Of a stretch of DNA of 64,000 nt, positions 1 through 13,072 are shown piece by piece. The notes beneath the pieces are model-generated. The model was not told the origin of the DNA, did not search any database, and saw nothing but the letters and a program-made list of their open reading frames with translations. This DNA comes from Eledone cirrhosa (Eukaryota), in assembly GCA_964016885.1 (NCBI GenBank), contig OZ024743.1, positions 51,522,001 through 51,586,000 of the forward strand. Reading direction: 5' to 3'. Position numbers and translations under genes: made by a program. Each line of letters begins with the position of its first letter. The stretch's first letter is position 1.

Positions 1-1188
1 TGTTTTCAGATGACCCATTAGATACAGTCCTGTATCGAGACAGATCTGTGTTTGATGTTGTTCCAGAGGCCAGTCTCCATATGAGTTTATAGTTCACAGT
101 TAATAGTGTGTGTTGGCAGAGTTAAGAGGAGCTTAATGATAGGCAACCAGAACATTACAAGTAAGGAATGGAAACTAGAGGAGGAGGGAGCCAGGTGTGT
201 CTGGCTAGATATAGTCAGTGGGGCAGGGGTTCCTCAACAAAGTTTCATAGTTTTGATACCATAGATTTGGATGGAGGAAATTCCACTATTCAGGTGTGGT
301 GCCAGAAAGGACTGCTCAGGTGGGAGAGGGATATTCAAGTCCCCAGCTACATTGGAAAGGAGGATTTGCCTCTTGAAGCTTAGGCTAAAAGAAAGGCCTC
401 TGTGGGTGGGGTAACAAACTTCCTTGAAGTTGCTGCGCATTAGATTTAGTTAAGACTGAGTCATATGTCCTAATGGATGACTTCAATGAACATGTGGCTG
501 TGTGTGTATGTATGAAGAGTATGTGTATGGAGAAGTGTTGTTACCTATACTGTATAGCAACACGTGTGTTTGTGTATAGGGTGTGAGTATGTATGTATAC
601 AAGAGTGTTATTATCTCTACTGTATGACAGCCCATTTGTGTGTGACATCTGGCTTATGCAGGGCATAGTGACCTAATTCTCTACTTCATGTGTATGTGTG
701 TGACATCTGGCTTTGTGTGTATGTGTGTAAAATGTCATGCGTAACATTGATAAAATACCTCCACTGATATATAAGGAGGATGTTTGTGTTTATTATTTAA
801 TTTTTTTACTGGTTTCGGTCATTAAGCTCTGGTCAAAGTGGGGCACTACACTTGTTTATAAGCACATGTACATTGACAGAGAATGATCATTTATGGCACG
901 AATGAAAGCATTTTACAATATTTAGAACATTTGCTTCTCTTTTTTTCCCCCTTTCCTTCTGTGTTCAATGAATTCTGAATAAAAGATTTTTGTATGTTTT
1001 TGACAGTGTAGAATCTGTGTGTCAGACGCCCGAAAAGGTTGTACCATTATTATAATATAGATATTTTTTGTTAGTTAAATATTTTGATGTGAAACTAATG
1101 CTGATTCTGTGATACAAAACTGTTTATTTTAAAGTGTTTATATTTATTTAAGAAATCTTTCATCATAATTTTTATGTAAGGACTTCTT

Positions 1189-1369
1189 AACTGGCCAGAA
1201 TTCTCTCACTTTTTTCTGTTCAAACTGACTGTTACCGGCAACTCAAACTGATGTTAAGGTATTGTTCTCAACATGGATTCAATATTATGTGAGATAATTA
1301 TGTAAGGTAAAGCCTTTACCATGAAAATATAATAATAAATATAGAGTAATGTAAATGCTAAATAGTTAA
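1189..1369 (+). mobile_element. Partial TTAA-ended MITE, unexpanded sibling of the satellite-bearing MITE at 50854-57863
   Basis: Colinear similarity to 50870-51050. Carries one TAAATATAGAGTAATG unit and ends TAAATGCTAAATAG-TTAA. Confidence 0.7.
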
Positions 1370-1623
1370 GTTACGTTCCAGATACTACCTTAATAATGAG
1401 AAAGCGAGCTATGTTACTAAATCCTTCCAAATTCTTGATAATTTTGAAAATTATTTGAAAATAAGCAGTGTTTTGATGAGAAATATGGCAACAAAAGGGT
1501 AAATGTAATTTCATTTAAAGGTGGAAAATGACAGAACTATTATTACATGTAAAGATATATAACTTTTCTTTTCTTTAAATTTCTCATATTACAAAAGGTC
1601 AGTAATAACATTTAACATTTTGT

Positions 1624-1920
1624 AAGTTATTTCATGTAAACTAAATGGCTGCTGGTATGGGGTGGGGCATTGTTTTCTATTAGACTGAGGGAGAAAAGGT
1701 GAGTTGATAAGAGAGAGATTGCAAGTTATTTCATATAGCTAAATGGTTTGTATTAGGGTCATTATCTCAAAGTAGACTGATAGTGATGGAGAAAGTGTGG
1801 GTGGATAAGAGGGAGAGATATAAAGTTATTCCTTGTAATTAAGTGGTTGGTGGTAGGGGGAGTGACACTGCTTTAGTAGACTGTGAGAGGGGGAGAGAGT
1901 GATTGGAGGAGAAAGATTTA
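1624..1920. repeat. Three diverged ~100-bp tandem units
   Basis: AAGTTATT...TAGACTGA...GAGAGAT recurs at about 1624, 1723 and 1823. Confidence 0.5.
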
Positions 1921-2180
1921 AAAAATCCAAATCCCAAATGCCACTCATTGCACATGTTTGAAACTTTTAAAGCTATCTTCACAGGACAGTAAATTGATAG
2001 TAAATTGATGTTAAACACGTGCACACATGCGCATGCACGCATGTGCGCACACACACACACACACACACACACACTACATTTTGGTTAAGGCAGTGTTTTG
2101 AACTCATACTGATGCAGGTTTCTTGCTTGTGATATATTTCTCATGGCTAACTTATTAGCAGCAGCTGTGGACATGTCTTA

Positions 2181-4560
2181 TATAATAATGATAATGAAAT
2201 TATTGTGTACAGTGCTCAGGTGCACTATAACTCATCAAAGGTGCATGTATAGTACATAGAATAATATACAAATGTCAGGAAAGTGAACAGTGTATGAGTC
2301 ATGATGTACATGTGTGCATGGAGGAGGAATATTAGGTGTAGTGTTGGTGAATTTCAGGAAGCATGGAGGTTTTAAAGGATGCAGTGTCTCAACAGCTAAT
2401 AACTGATGTAGGGAGTTTGTTGCATGGAGGTTTTAAAGGATGCAGTGTCCTAGCAGCTAACAACTGATGCAGGTAGTTTGTTCCATGCTTCAGCAACTCT
2501 GAGCGTGAAAAAATGTTTCCGAAAGTCATAGGAACTGTGCTGTTTTCTGACTTGGTGGGCATGTCCATGTGTGTTAGACACATGGAAATCAAAAAGGTAC
2601 TCAGGGTTGTTGTTGGCAAGATGGTTAACAATTTTGTGGGTGTTTACCAAGTCAGTTGCCAGGCGTCGGACCTTCAATGTATCCATGCCCAGGGAAGCAA
2701 GGCGTTCCGAGTATGGTAGATGCCTGATGGAGGGTATTCGCTTGGTTGCACGTCTCTGAATAGTTTCCAGGAGGTCAATCTTCTGGGCAAGATAGGGGTT
2801 CCACACTGGTGATGTAAATTCTAATTGTGGCCGCACTATAGCTATATACAGCTTTAAATAGATAGCTGGAGAGCGGCTGATAAAGGTCTTGCTGAGTGAT
2901 GCCAAGACACCCTCAGCCTTCTTGACAATTTTAGAGACATGCTTCGTCCAATGCAAATCACTGCTGACAGTATGCCCAGGTCCCGTTCACAAGAAGACTT
3001 CTTGAGTATTGTGGAGGGAGTATGTGGATGCTGGGTTTTTCCTCCCAAAATGCATGGTGGTGCACTTGTCCACAGCTAGCTTGAGTTGCCAATCCGTGAT
3101 TCATTGTTGCATTGTGTTCAGGTCTGATTTCAGGAAAGATCCATAGTGTTAAGGATCTGTCCTTTTTATCTCAAGGTACAGCTTGATTTCATCTGCGTAC
3201 TTTAGTACTGTGGCATTCTTTAAGTTGGCATCTATGTCATTAATATATGCAACAAACAAAAAGGGACCAAGAACAGATCCTTTGGTACACCAGATGACAT
3301 TTCATATGGTGAGGAATGCTGTCCTAGAACTGTGACCACCTCTTTTCGACTGAGATTGAAGGACTACAACCAGTTAAAAAGATCACCTTTCACACCCATT
3401 GCAGAGAGTTTTACCATAAGTCTTTTGTGTAGCACAGAATTAAAAGCTTTAGTAAAGTCAAGGTAAACAACATACATACTTCCTTACTGTCATACACCTT
3501 ACTGTCAGAGTTGGTTGCTATGTACTCTTCAAATTCAAGCACTGCCTTTTTTGTCACCTACTTGAGATGGTTGGATGATTTATTTCGCTTTTTTTCTATT
3601 GATATCTGATTTATGCAGTTTGTATTCCTGTTTAGCAATACAACATTCTTTCCTGGCAAGTCGAACTGCTGCAGTCTCCCAAATTGCACTTTTGGGATAT
3701 TTTTCTGCTTATGTGGCACTGATGCTGCACATGCTGTCCATATTGAGTTCAGGATGTTCTGAAGTATAGTATTGACACCTCCAGAGTCGTAAAATTCAAG
3801 CCAGTTTGGGCATTGTAGCTTGGTGCAATAAGAGTTCCAGTCTGCTTTATTCTAGTCAAAGCAAGCAGTTTGGAGATGGTTGTGGTTTTTGTTACTGCCC
3901 ATAAGAGACAGATTGGCAATGATCATAGCATGATCAGAGTCACCTAAAGGTTCCTCAGTAGTAACACATAACCGTTTCAGGATTAGTGATAAAGAGTAGA
4001 TCCAAAGTATTGTTGGGGAGGTGGGTACTTGGGACCAGTTCGAGTCCAGCACTAGCTCAAGGAAATCATTTGCACTTTGCAGCCAACGAAAGGTTTCCCA
4101 ATCAATCTCAGGGTAATTGAAGTCACCTGCAATAAAAACATAAGTGCCTTTTTTCCTGGCAGCAAGTCTGAGGATATCACAAAGTTGAGTGTCCTGATAG
4201 TAATTTGTGTGTGTGTTTGGGAGAGGATGGGGGTGTGTTAAACAACTCCAAGTAGAAGTGTTGACATGGTCATACATGTATCATAGAAAAATACTTCTTG
4301 TGATTGGTTCAAATCAACACAAGGAATTGCTGAAAAGTTTGACTGAACGTAGACCATTACACCACCACCATGACGATTAATGTGATCTTTGCGAAACAAG
4401 TTGTAGCCAGTTATGCTGAAAACCCCATCACAGAGGAAGGAATGTGCCCATGTTTCCGTGACTGTAATGAAATCAGGGTTGATACTTTTGATGTAAGAAT
4501 CAAAAAGATATATGTTGTTGCATAAATTACGAACATTTAAGGACAACAATACCTTGATTT
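2181..4560 (-). mobile_element. Degenerate CR1-type LINE (APE endonuclease + RT, 3' UTR with ATT tail)
   Basis: EN motifs LNVRNL, VTETW, GGGVMVYV, AGDFNYP, DSDH. RT motifs DFTKAF, GSVLGP, YADE and C-terminal 'LETIQRRATK...FFTLRVAEAWNKLP'. Many frameshifts and a ~61-bp local duplication at 2361-2482. Confidence 0.9.
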
Positions 4561-4639
4561 CAGTTTATGATGTGTAGGGGATGGCAGGTTGTTCTGATAT
4601 AATCCTCATCAACATGTTATGTCTGTCTTCCACAATATT

Positions 4640-4970
4640 ACTATTACACATTAGAGCATGCAAGCTTCATTTCTTTCCCATCTGTGTAGGTCCTCTGCAC
4701 ATGGCGCCCAGGTCTCACTGTCATGCAGTTGTGCAATTCATATACACACCTCATACAATCTGCCCTTTTGTAGCTAGCAGTGGTTGTAGCTCTCTCAACT
4801 TTTTCCATCCCGTTCTCACTCTGGCTACTGTAATTTTGGAACGCTCACCTCCACTACTAATTTGGTCACCCAGGTAACAGAAACTATCAACTGCTTCTAT
4901 GGTAGCTTCTAAGAATTTGATAAAGCTTGCTTCCTGTGCACATTTACTGCATACTATATGTGAAGAAGAC
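4640..4970 (-). mobile_element. RTE LINE RT fragment
   Basis: VDSFCYLGDQISSGG...RVRTGWKKLREL, homologous to 37720-37850. Confidence 0.8.
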
Positions 4971-5236
4971 TGAACGCAACTGGCATGCGTGTCTGATAGT
5001 ATACGTGAACATCCTCCTCCCCTATCAAGTGACAATGACCTATTCTACGTTTGTGTGACTCACGCTTGTGACACATGTGACCACATGGCTTACATGCTCT
5101 GTCTTGACTATAACTACTTTGTTTTGTACAAAATAAACTACTTTCTACAGTTGGACTCTATTGTAGAGCTGGGCATCTTGAACAGAGAGATTAGGATTTA
5201 ACTGTGCAATTGTCAACAGTAGACCCTTTAAAACAC

Positions 5237-5264
5237 TGTGTGTGTATATATGTGTGTGTATATG

Positions 5265-5295
<31 letters not shown>

Positions 5296-5432
5296 ATATG
5301 TGTGTGTGTGTATATATGTGTGTGTGTATATATATGTGGGTGTGTATATATATGTGTGTATGTATGTGTGTGTGTATATATATATGTGTGTGTGTATATG
5401 TATATATATGTGTGTGTGTGTATATGTGTGTG

Positions 5433-5489
<57 letters not shown>

Positions 5490-5490
5490 G
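5237..5490. repeat. (TG)n/(TA)n compound microsatellite
   Basis: Directly visible. Confidence 0.95.
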
Positions 5491-5985
5491 CAGGGTAACG
5501 AAAATTGATGGAAGCTACGGAGTGGGTAGACTAAGAAAAACCTGAGACGAGGTGTTAAAAACTGACCTTGCTCACTTACACCTCTCTAAGACAATGTCAC
5601 TGGATCGAGATTTTTGGCGCCATGCAGTTGTACAGAAGACCCGACTGCCATTGCATACAAACCTAGTCGGTAGACACCTCTTAACACAATGTACACCCCA
5701 CCCCCACCCTACTCCACCCCTCTTTTGCCGTTCCGTCCACTGTGACACAACAGTCCACACTGTAAGGTGGCCGTGTAGGAGACCCGGTGAAAAGGCTCCC
5801 AGTCCACACTGTAAATGTGGTTGGTGTTAGGAAGGGCATCCAGCTGTAAAAAAAAACCTGCCAGAGACACTTCCATATGAGCGAGACCCGGTCTCCCGAA
5901 CATTCCTGCATGAAATAGAACAAAACTGTCTAACCCATGCTAGCGTGGAAGATGGACGTTAAACGACGACGATGATGGATGGACG
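5491..5985 (+). mobile_element. 5'-truncated RTE LINE (subfamily B) 3' end
   Basis: RT C-terminus 'DRDFWRHAV', then a C-rich tract, the GGTTGGTGTTAGGAAGGGCATCCAGCTGTA module and a GGACGTTAAACGA(TGA)n tail. Confidence 0.85.
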
Positions 5986-6006
5986 GATATAATGTGTGTA
6001 TATATG

Positions 6007-6053
<47 letters not shown>

Positions 6054-6061
6054 TATAAATA

Positions 6062-6746
6062 CACTCCCGTCCCACCACTCCCACCCCATCCACACCGCCC
6101 CTTTCAATGTAAAGTTATGTTGGTGCCACAAAATCCAGGCTGAAACAAATGAGATCGTGTAGGTGTCACGACAAAAAAAAAAAAACACACAGTCCATGCT
6201 GTAATGTGACCGTGTAGGCAACACGGTAAAAACGTCCCAGTCCCACACTGTAAATGTGGTTGGTGTTAGGAAGGGCATCCAACTGTAGAAAACCTGCCAG
6301 ACAGTCCACGCTGTAATGTGGCCGTGTAGGCAACACGGTAAAAACGTCCCAGTCCCACACTGTAAATGTGGTTGGTGTTAGGAAGGGCATCCAACTGTAG
6401 AAAACCTGCCAGACAGTCCACGCTGTAATGTGGCCGTGTAGGCAACACGGTAAAAACGTCCCAGTCCCACACTGTAAATGTGGTTGGTGTTAGGAAGGGC
6501 ATCCAACTGTAGAAAACCTGCCAGACAGTCCACGCTGTAATGTGGCCGTGTAGGCAACACGGTAAAAACGTCCCAGTCCCACACTGTAAATGTGGTTGGT
6601 GTTAGGAAGGGCATCCAACTGTAGAAAACCCGCCAGACAGTCCTATGCGAGCAAGACAACCACTCTTGCCTCAAGTGGGTAAACTCCCGTCCAAACCCAT
6701 GCAAGCATGGAACACGGACGTTAAACGATGATGATGATGATGATGA
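6062..6746 (+). mobile_element. RTE-B 3' UTR-derived element with internal 4 x 112-bp tandem array (6189-6636)
   Basis: Matches single-unit copies at 47530-47866 (+) and 9832-10098 (-). Ends in a (GAT)n tail. Confidence 0.85.
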
Positions 6747-7689
6747 TATACATACACACATACAGAAAGAAAGACCTTGTTGTTTGTAGCAGATCCTTGT
6801 AATGTGTCTTCAGTGAATCTCATCAGTAGAATATTCAGTTATTTAACAAGGCTGGTAGTTGTGGCACTACTGTTGAGGAAAGTATTCATCTTGAATTTAA
6901 TAAATAATCTCCCATGGTATATGTGCAACTTCTCGCGGCAAGTATTTCACATAGGTATACATTCATGCATATATATACACAATCTGAGCACATTCAAGAA
7001 ACTGTTTTAATGGACTTCATTGACAAAGTCACGTATTCTCCATTATGAGAAGTTCTGTGTGTCTTAGCTAATCATTGGTCAATACCTCTGTTTACATATT
7101 GACAGCTCATTCTTTCATAATGCAAAATTACATTCAAGTAACTACATATATGTGTGTATATGAGGTGGGAGACGGACTGTATCTTATAGCTGGGAGGAAA
7201 TATTTGAGAATGTATTGGTGATGGTTGGACAGCTGCAGATTTCAATGTCTTTTCGCTCTCTCTTTCTCTCTCACCTACTGCTCACTCTTTCCTCCTCTTC
7301 CTCTCCTTTTCTTCCCCCTCTTTCTTCACTTTCAGCATGTTTCTCCCAAATTTTGTTTATGATTCCTAATTTTAACACCACTTGTCAGAAATATTTTCGA
7401 AATATCCTCAAATATTTTATATTGCTATAATTTAGGGACAGCTGTAGTGTAGTAGCCATTTGAGAACCAAGCATTACACTACACCACAGTTGAATAATGA
7501 TAAATGGAAGAATTTAGCTGATTCAAGTAACTAATTTAATGTTTTATGTGGATGGGGAGTAGAATTTATTAACCCTTTCATTACTATAGTTCTAATGAAA
7601 AACTGTGCCTATGGTTTTCAATTAATTTGAAAATAATAAAGAATAGGAATTAATTTAGTAATAAAACTAACTTTCTTGTTTTTAAGTTG

Positions 7690-7895
7690 AAGGATACTCA
7701 AAGAGACTGGTGAAAGTCTCTCTCAAGTGGAATCCAGTGAGTGTGAGAATAGAAACCCTTTTAAAGCCAGTGTGGAGCAAGGCTTGGCAGACATGGGCCT
7801 GGCCGAGGAGCAGGCATGTAACAAGGCTTGTTACCATTGCTGGATGGAGATCTTTAGTCACCCAATACTATATAGGCAACAAGCGGAACTAACTG
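7690..7895 (+). mobile_element. Degenerate 3' end of another RTE-clade LINE
   Basis: LKWNP... and WRSLV remnants followed by an AACTAACT tail. Confidence 0.45.
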
Positions 7896-7931
7896 TTTAT
7901 TTTATCATATTAAATTGCCAACCATTATATA

Positions 7932-8123
7932 GGACGGTGGATTGGCAGTATCGGTAGGGGGTCGGATGCCATGCTTTGCAGCAAAGAGTTACGACCCTTT
8001 ATGGTCTGAGTTAAAATCCCACCGAGGTTAACTTTGCCTTTCTTCCTTACGTGGTTGATAAAATAAAGTACCAGTAATACACTGGGATAATTGCTGGCCT
8101 TGTGCCAAAAGTAGAAACAATTA
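7932..8123 (+). mobile_element. tRNA-headed SINE with Nin/Deu-like core
   Basis: A-box-like TGGCAGTATCGG, B-box-like GAGTTAAAATCC and core GCCTTTC.TCCTT...GATAAAATAAAGTACCAG. Sister copies at 28026, 43755 and 22080. Confidence 0.8.
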
Positions 8124-8149
8124 TATATCATATCTAACTCCAATGACAC

Positions 8150-8400
8150 AGCATGGCAGAATGGTTAAGAAATTCAGTTTGCAATTATTAGGTCTCAAGT
8201 TTGATCCCACTGCGTAGCATCTTGGGTAAGTTTCGTTTACCATAGTCTTGGGTCAATCTATACCTTATCAGTGAAATTGGATAGAGGGAAGCATCATGCT
8301 GAATTTTCATATATCTGTGGAATGCTCAGTCACTTACACATTAATTTCATTGATTGAACAACTGGAACAGTCATCACCTAAACCGATGGTGATCCATTCC
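8150..8400 (+). mobile_element. Old tRNA-derived SINE
   Basis: TGGCAGAATGGTTAAG A-box, GTTTGATCCC B-box and CTTGGGTAAGT CORE-like segment. A related copy lies at about 58610-58760 on the minus strand. Confidence 0.55.
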
Positions 8401-8466
8401 TTTATCCCTACTAAGTTGCAATCAATTATATCTCCCGTCTAATTCCTCTGTCATTTTTCATTCCAG

Positions 8467-8552
8467 GTGGGTGTTTAGTTCAACTTCCATCCAAGATTTG
8501 GTCAAAAGAAGACTAGATGATCGAATGATGAATATCAAGCCAGCCTTTTTGA
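8467..8552 (+). CDS. Host gene exon A: start of SMP domain (extended synaptotagmin/tricalbin-like)
   Basis: Acceptor ttccag, donor GTAAGT. Reads WVFSSTSIQDLVKRRLDDRMMNIKPAFL. The phase-1 end joins exon 50133 to give KPAFLKQLELLTFSLG. Confidence 0.8.
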
Positions 8553-8938
8553 GTAAGTTCTACTACTGGGTTTGTCTTCTTTGGGGAGGAAAGATTTTGT
8601 TCTTTCTACCATAAAATGTGTTGAGAAGGTCTAATTATTTGTACAAAAAAGAAATTGTAGATTTCTAATATATTTTTATTTTTATAATAGTGATAATAAT
8701 CAACTGACATTGCTTAATAGGCATCGCTCAAAATGCGCATCATTTTAACTTTGCTCAACTTACTGGACAGTATGCATGTATGCATGCATGCACACATGCA
8801 CATATATTTGTATTTCATCCTCATAATTTGGCATTAATAATATACTGGTTGGATGCCCTTCCTATCACCAGCACTAGAGAGGTTGTTTTACTGGCATGGT
8901 TTTAATGGCTGAATGCCACTTCCATCATATACATATAT

Positions 8939-9390
8939 ATGAAAGGCAGACTGTATGATGCGTGTATACAAATAGCAATGTTACATGGTAGCGAGACCCG
9001 GGCGATATCTGTAGAAGACTTGCGTAGATTAGAAAGAAACGAAGCCTGCATGCTCCAATGGATGTGTAATAGTAATATATGCGAACGGCAAAGCATAAAC
9101 GAATTGAGAGAGAGACTGAGCATAAGAGGAATCGAATTCTGTGTGCAGGAGAGGCGGTTGCGTTGGTATGGACATGTGATGCGTATGAAGGATGACAGCT
9201 GCATAAAAAGGTGCAGAGCACTAGAAGTCGATGGAAGCCGCAGAGTAGGGAGACCCAAGAAGACCTGGATGAGGTGATAAAAGCCGACTTTACCCAATTG
9301 CACCTCTCAAGGGCGATGACACGACCGTGACCTCTGGCATCACGCATTAATACAGAAGACCCCCCCCCCCCCTCCCACGGGTACAAGCCG
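8939..9390 (+). mobile_element. RTE-B RT C-terminal fragment
   Basis: KGRLYDAC...HGSET...RRLRWYGHVMRM...GRPKKTW. Confidence 0.9.
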
Positions 9391-9831
9391 AACCCTACAT
9401 TCTAAATATTATTCTTCCACGTTAATCTTATTTCTTCTTTCACTTCTTCTCTCACTTAGATATATTTACGTTCTGTATATTCCTCCATTAAAATTTATTT
9501 CCTCCTTCACTTTGACTATCTTCACTATCACTATGTATAAACATTTTTTCTTTCTTCTCTCTTTCTCCTCCCTTTTCTTCTCTCTCCCTTACATATCCTC
9601 TTTTTCCAACAGTTTAATTTAAATAAACCGTTATCTTTTCAACTTTTCGGACACTCATTTCATACTCACTCATAACTTTATTACCCTCAATAAAATATTA
9701 TCTCCACTATCCAGGAAGCTCCAACCGTTGAGGTTGTCTTTTTTCTGGGTATGTCAATACTTATTTATAAAACAAATCTGTATTTTATCTGATGAAAGCG
9801 CACCATAATTTGCCTTGGTTGCCCTTGAAAT

Positions 9832-10098
9832 CATCATCATCATCATCATCAACGTTTAACGTCCGTGTTCCACGCTTGCATGGGTTTGGACGGGGGTATT
9901 CCCACTTGAGGCAAGAGTGATTGTCTTGCTCGCATAGGACTGTCTGGCAGGTTTTCTACAGTTGGATGCTCTTCCTAACACCAACCACATTTACAGTGTG
10001 GGACTGGGAGGTTTTTACCGTGTTGCCTACACGGCCACATTACAGCGTGGACTGTGTGTTTTTTTGTCGTGACACCTACACGATCTCATTTGTTTCGG
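9832..10098 (-). mobile_element. RTE-B 3' UTR-derived short element
   Basis: Reverse complement of 47610-47866, with the (CAT)n tail at the left end. Confidence 0.85.
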
Positions 10099-10272
10099 AA
10101 ATATAAATAATAAAATAAATATGGTTTTATAAATATAGTTTCCATTTATTAATATATTGTGTATTTACTCCACTAACTTGTTGAGTGCTTTATATCAGTT
10201 ATAAAAATGTTTAAGCTTGTTGAATCCCAACAAATTAAATATAACCTCTGCATATATGTATATGTATATATA

Positions 10273-11574
10273 CAGGGTGCGGACGATATCTGTTCGCAAG
10301 ATTACTGTCTATGAAAAAATAACTCAGTTTTATTTTTTAAGATATATTTATCAAACTTGGGTCAGTTTGTCTTCATGACTTGTTCTTTCGATCTCACTCG
10401 ATAAACCCACAATTGGCTTTGATAACGGCCTCAAAGCGACCTCGGAACCGGCTATAGGCCTTCGTCACTGTCCCCCAATTTAGGCCCCTAAAGGCACTTG
10501 TGATCCTGGCCTTCAGATCATCTTTCGTATTGCAGCTAGATCTGTTGGTGTCTCGTTCCACTGCGCCCCACACAAAGAAGTCAAGGGGGTTGCAGTCAGG
10601 CGAGCTGGGAGGCCAGATGTCAGGTGAAGTGTGCTCGACAAAGTTCTCTGACAGCCAGGCTTGGGTCTTTTGGCTGGTATGGCAGGGTGCTGAGTCTTGC
10701 TGCCACACGTACGGCCTACCTGCAGCTACCTGGTCAATCCAGGGCTTTACTACCTCGCTCAGAACACGGATGTAGCCATTGGTGTTCAGCTTGAGGCCCT
10801 CAGGGAAGAAGTGAGGTGGCATGACGTCACCTTGACTGCTGACGACACCTAAGATCAGTGTTGTCGCCGGAAACTGTGTCTGCATGACTCTGGGCACGGC
10901 TTTGGATGAGACAGCGAGCCACCTGTTGTTCTGGGAGTTGATCTTCTGGTCTTGGCAGAAGTTTTTCTCGTCGGAGAAAAACCACAGTATGTCGAGCTCC
11001 AGTGGGTGTTTCAACTTGTTGATTAACTTCTTTGCGTGCTTCAGTCGCTTTTCTTGCATCGCCTTTGACAGAAATTGTCCTTTCCTCATCTTGTATGAAA
11101 TGTAGCAAATGTCTTCATGTACCACCAGCCTAATGAGCTTTTCATCCACGTCTTTCTACCTTGCAATGGCACGCATCGACTTTCTAGGTTCATTGTTGAT
11201 GATATCCTGAACTTAAGCGACGAACTCGTGCTTTCTGAAGGCGTCAGATCGTCGATCATGTGTTTTCCTCTCTGATTTGCTTCGTAGTCGAATCTTGACT
11301 CTTCCAATTCCTTTCTGACCTTTTCCACCATTCTCCTGCTGATGCTGAGAAAGTCTGAAATTTCCTTATTTGTCCTCCTGGTGCGGATTCCAAGAAGAAC
11401 TCCGTGTCTCTTCCACAAATTTGGAGGTTCAAAATTATTCATAATCAATTATTCTGAAAATAAATAATGGAAATATAGTCACTGTTTTATGAAGACAAGA
11501 GTGACAACGGAAGTAAAAAAAATTTGGATAAAATTAGCAGTTGAAAATTGCGAACAAATATCGTCCACACCCTG
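10273..11574 (-). mobile_element. Tc1/mariner DD37D (maT) transposon, full length, one frameshift
   Basis: 27-bp TIRs CAGGGTGYGGACGATATYTGTTCGCAA with TA TSDs. Transposase 11448..10394 has FSDEK, QQDSAPCH and SPDCNPLD, with 37 residues between the 2nd and 3rd D. 1-bp deletion near 11276. Confidence 0.95.
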
Positions 11575-11616
11575 TATATATATATATACATTTTCACTCT
11601 ACATGGTTGAATACAA

Positions 11617-12087
11617 TAAATGTAATTTAAGTTTTTCGAATATTAATAACAACATTCGATTCGTTTGCAATTATGCAAACAAGCTTCATTTCTAAAGCCA
11701 TGTCAGTAGAATGAGCCCCTCATTTATCGCTCGTTTACAGGAAACTGACTGGCCAGTCTGCTGATATGCAAATCTGGCTGATCAGTGGATCTGCTAATAT
11801 GCAGATCTGACTGATCGGCCAGTCTGCTAACATGCAAATCAGACTATTCAGTCACTGTATATTTTAGAAAATAGCATATATTTTCACTAGCTCTGACAGT
11901 TTGGCAGGTGAACGGTGAGCTGTACTGATGAAGGGTGATACCCAGAAACATTAGTTCTGTTTACATGCCAACCCAAGAGCAAGAATGTGGGGCTCATTCT
12001 ACTGACATGGCTTTAAAATTGAGGCTTGTTTGCATAATTGCAAACGAATCGAATGTTATTATATTTGAAAAACTCAGATTACATTTA
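11617..12087. mobile_element. MITE-like element with ~105-bp terminal inverted repeats
   Basis: 11617-11724 is the reverse complement of 11984-12087. Three ~33-bp internal direct repeats at 11745-11850. No ORF. Confidence 0.8.
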
Positions 12088-12098
12088 TATATATATAT

Positions 12099-12989
12099 AC
12101 TAGCAGAGGTATTAAATAGCAGTTATGTATACCATTTATGTCAATACTTCTGTGCTGCTTTGAAAACTATACTTTTACAAAATCATCGGCTTTTTCCAAA
12201 AGGGGGGGTCCTTCCCCCAGGGGCCCCTACTCAATATGTGCCAATTCTGAGAGTTCACATTCATCTGTAGAACAAACGTAGCCCATGTGTCAAGTTTTGT
12301 GAAAATCGGTTGCTAACTCCAGAAGTTATGACGTTTTGTTGCATTCCACTGCTTCCAAGAAAGCGGTTAAAGGGGGTTATCTGCCGGGAGGCCCTATAAT
12401 CAATATCTGGAAAAATGAAAGTGTCCATGACTATCTGGAGTACATAAGTAACCTATGTCTTAAGTTTGGTGAAAATGGTGTAGAAATGCATAAGGTTTAC
12501 ACACACACACGCACGCACGCACGCGGTTTTTGTGTGTGTGTATGTATTTGTGTGTGTGTATGTATGTCCGTCGGCGCATATGTATGTACTGGCCTAAATC
12601 TTCACTATTTACTTTTACTATTTTAATAACCTCTGCCATTTTCATTTACAATTTTATTTACATCATTCTTAAACTCCGGGGCTGGAAATCATTGGGTTAT
12701 TTTAAATAGAATATTAGTCTAACGACTCCATTTATACCATAAACTTGGTCTTGTCTTTGCATGAAATTGTTCTTCTCGGTCCACATAACGACGTGTTATC
12801 CTCGCTTGTTTTCCGTTCATTGCCAGGGAATGTCTTCACGAACCAAAATATTGTCTTCCTGTTTTCCTTCGGTTGCAATGTTTCTTGAAATATTTACTTC
12901 TGCGCTCACAGATTGAATTTTTTAGTTTCAGAAGATCCTGTTAATGTTGAAAGCAGCGATTCTTTGCTTAAACTTTAATCTGTTCTTAT

Positions 12990-13072
<83 letters not shown>

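Noticed and set aside
1-440. Short ORFs at the window start, and the missing upstream host exon
   Set aside because: No recognisable motifs. No phase-2 exon encoding the expected WLN-type SMP start was found in 1-8466.
12670-12995. Possible Helitron Rep N-terminal remnant on the minus strand
   Set aside because: Multiple stops and no diagnostic Rep or helicase motif. Kept only inside the low-confidence Helitron-like feature.
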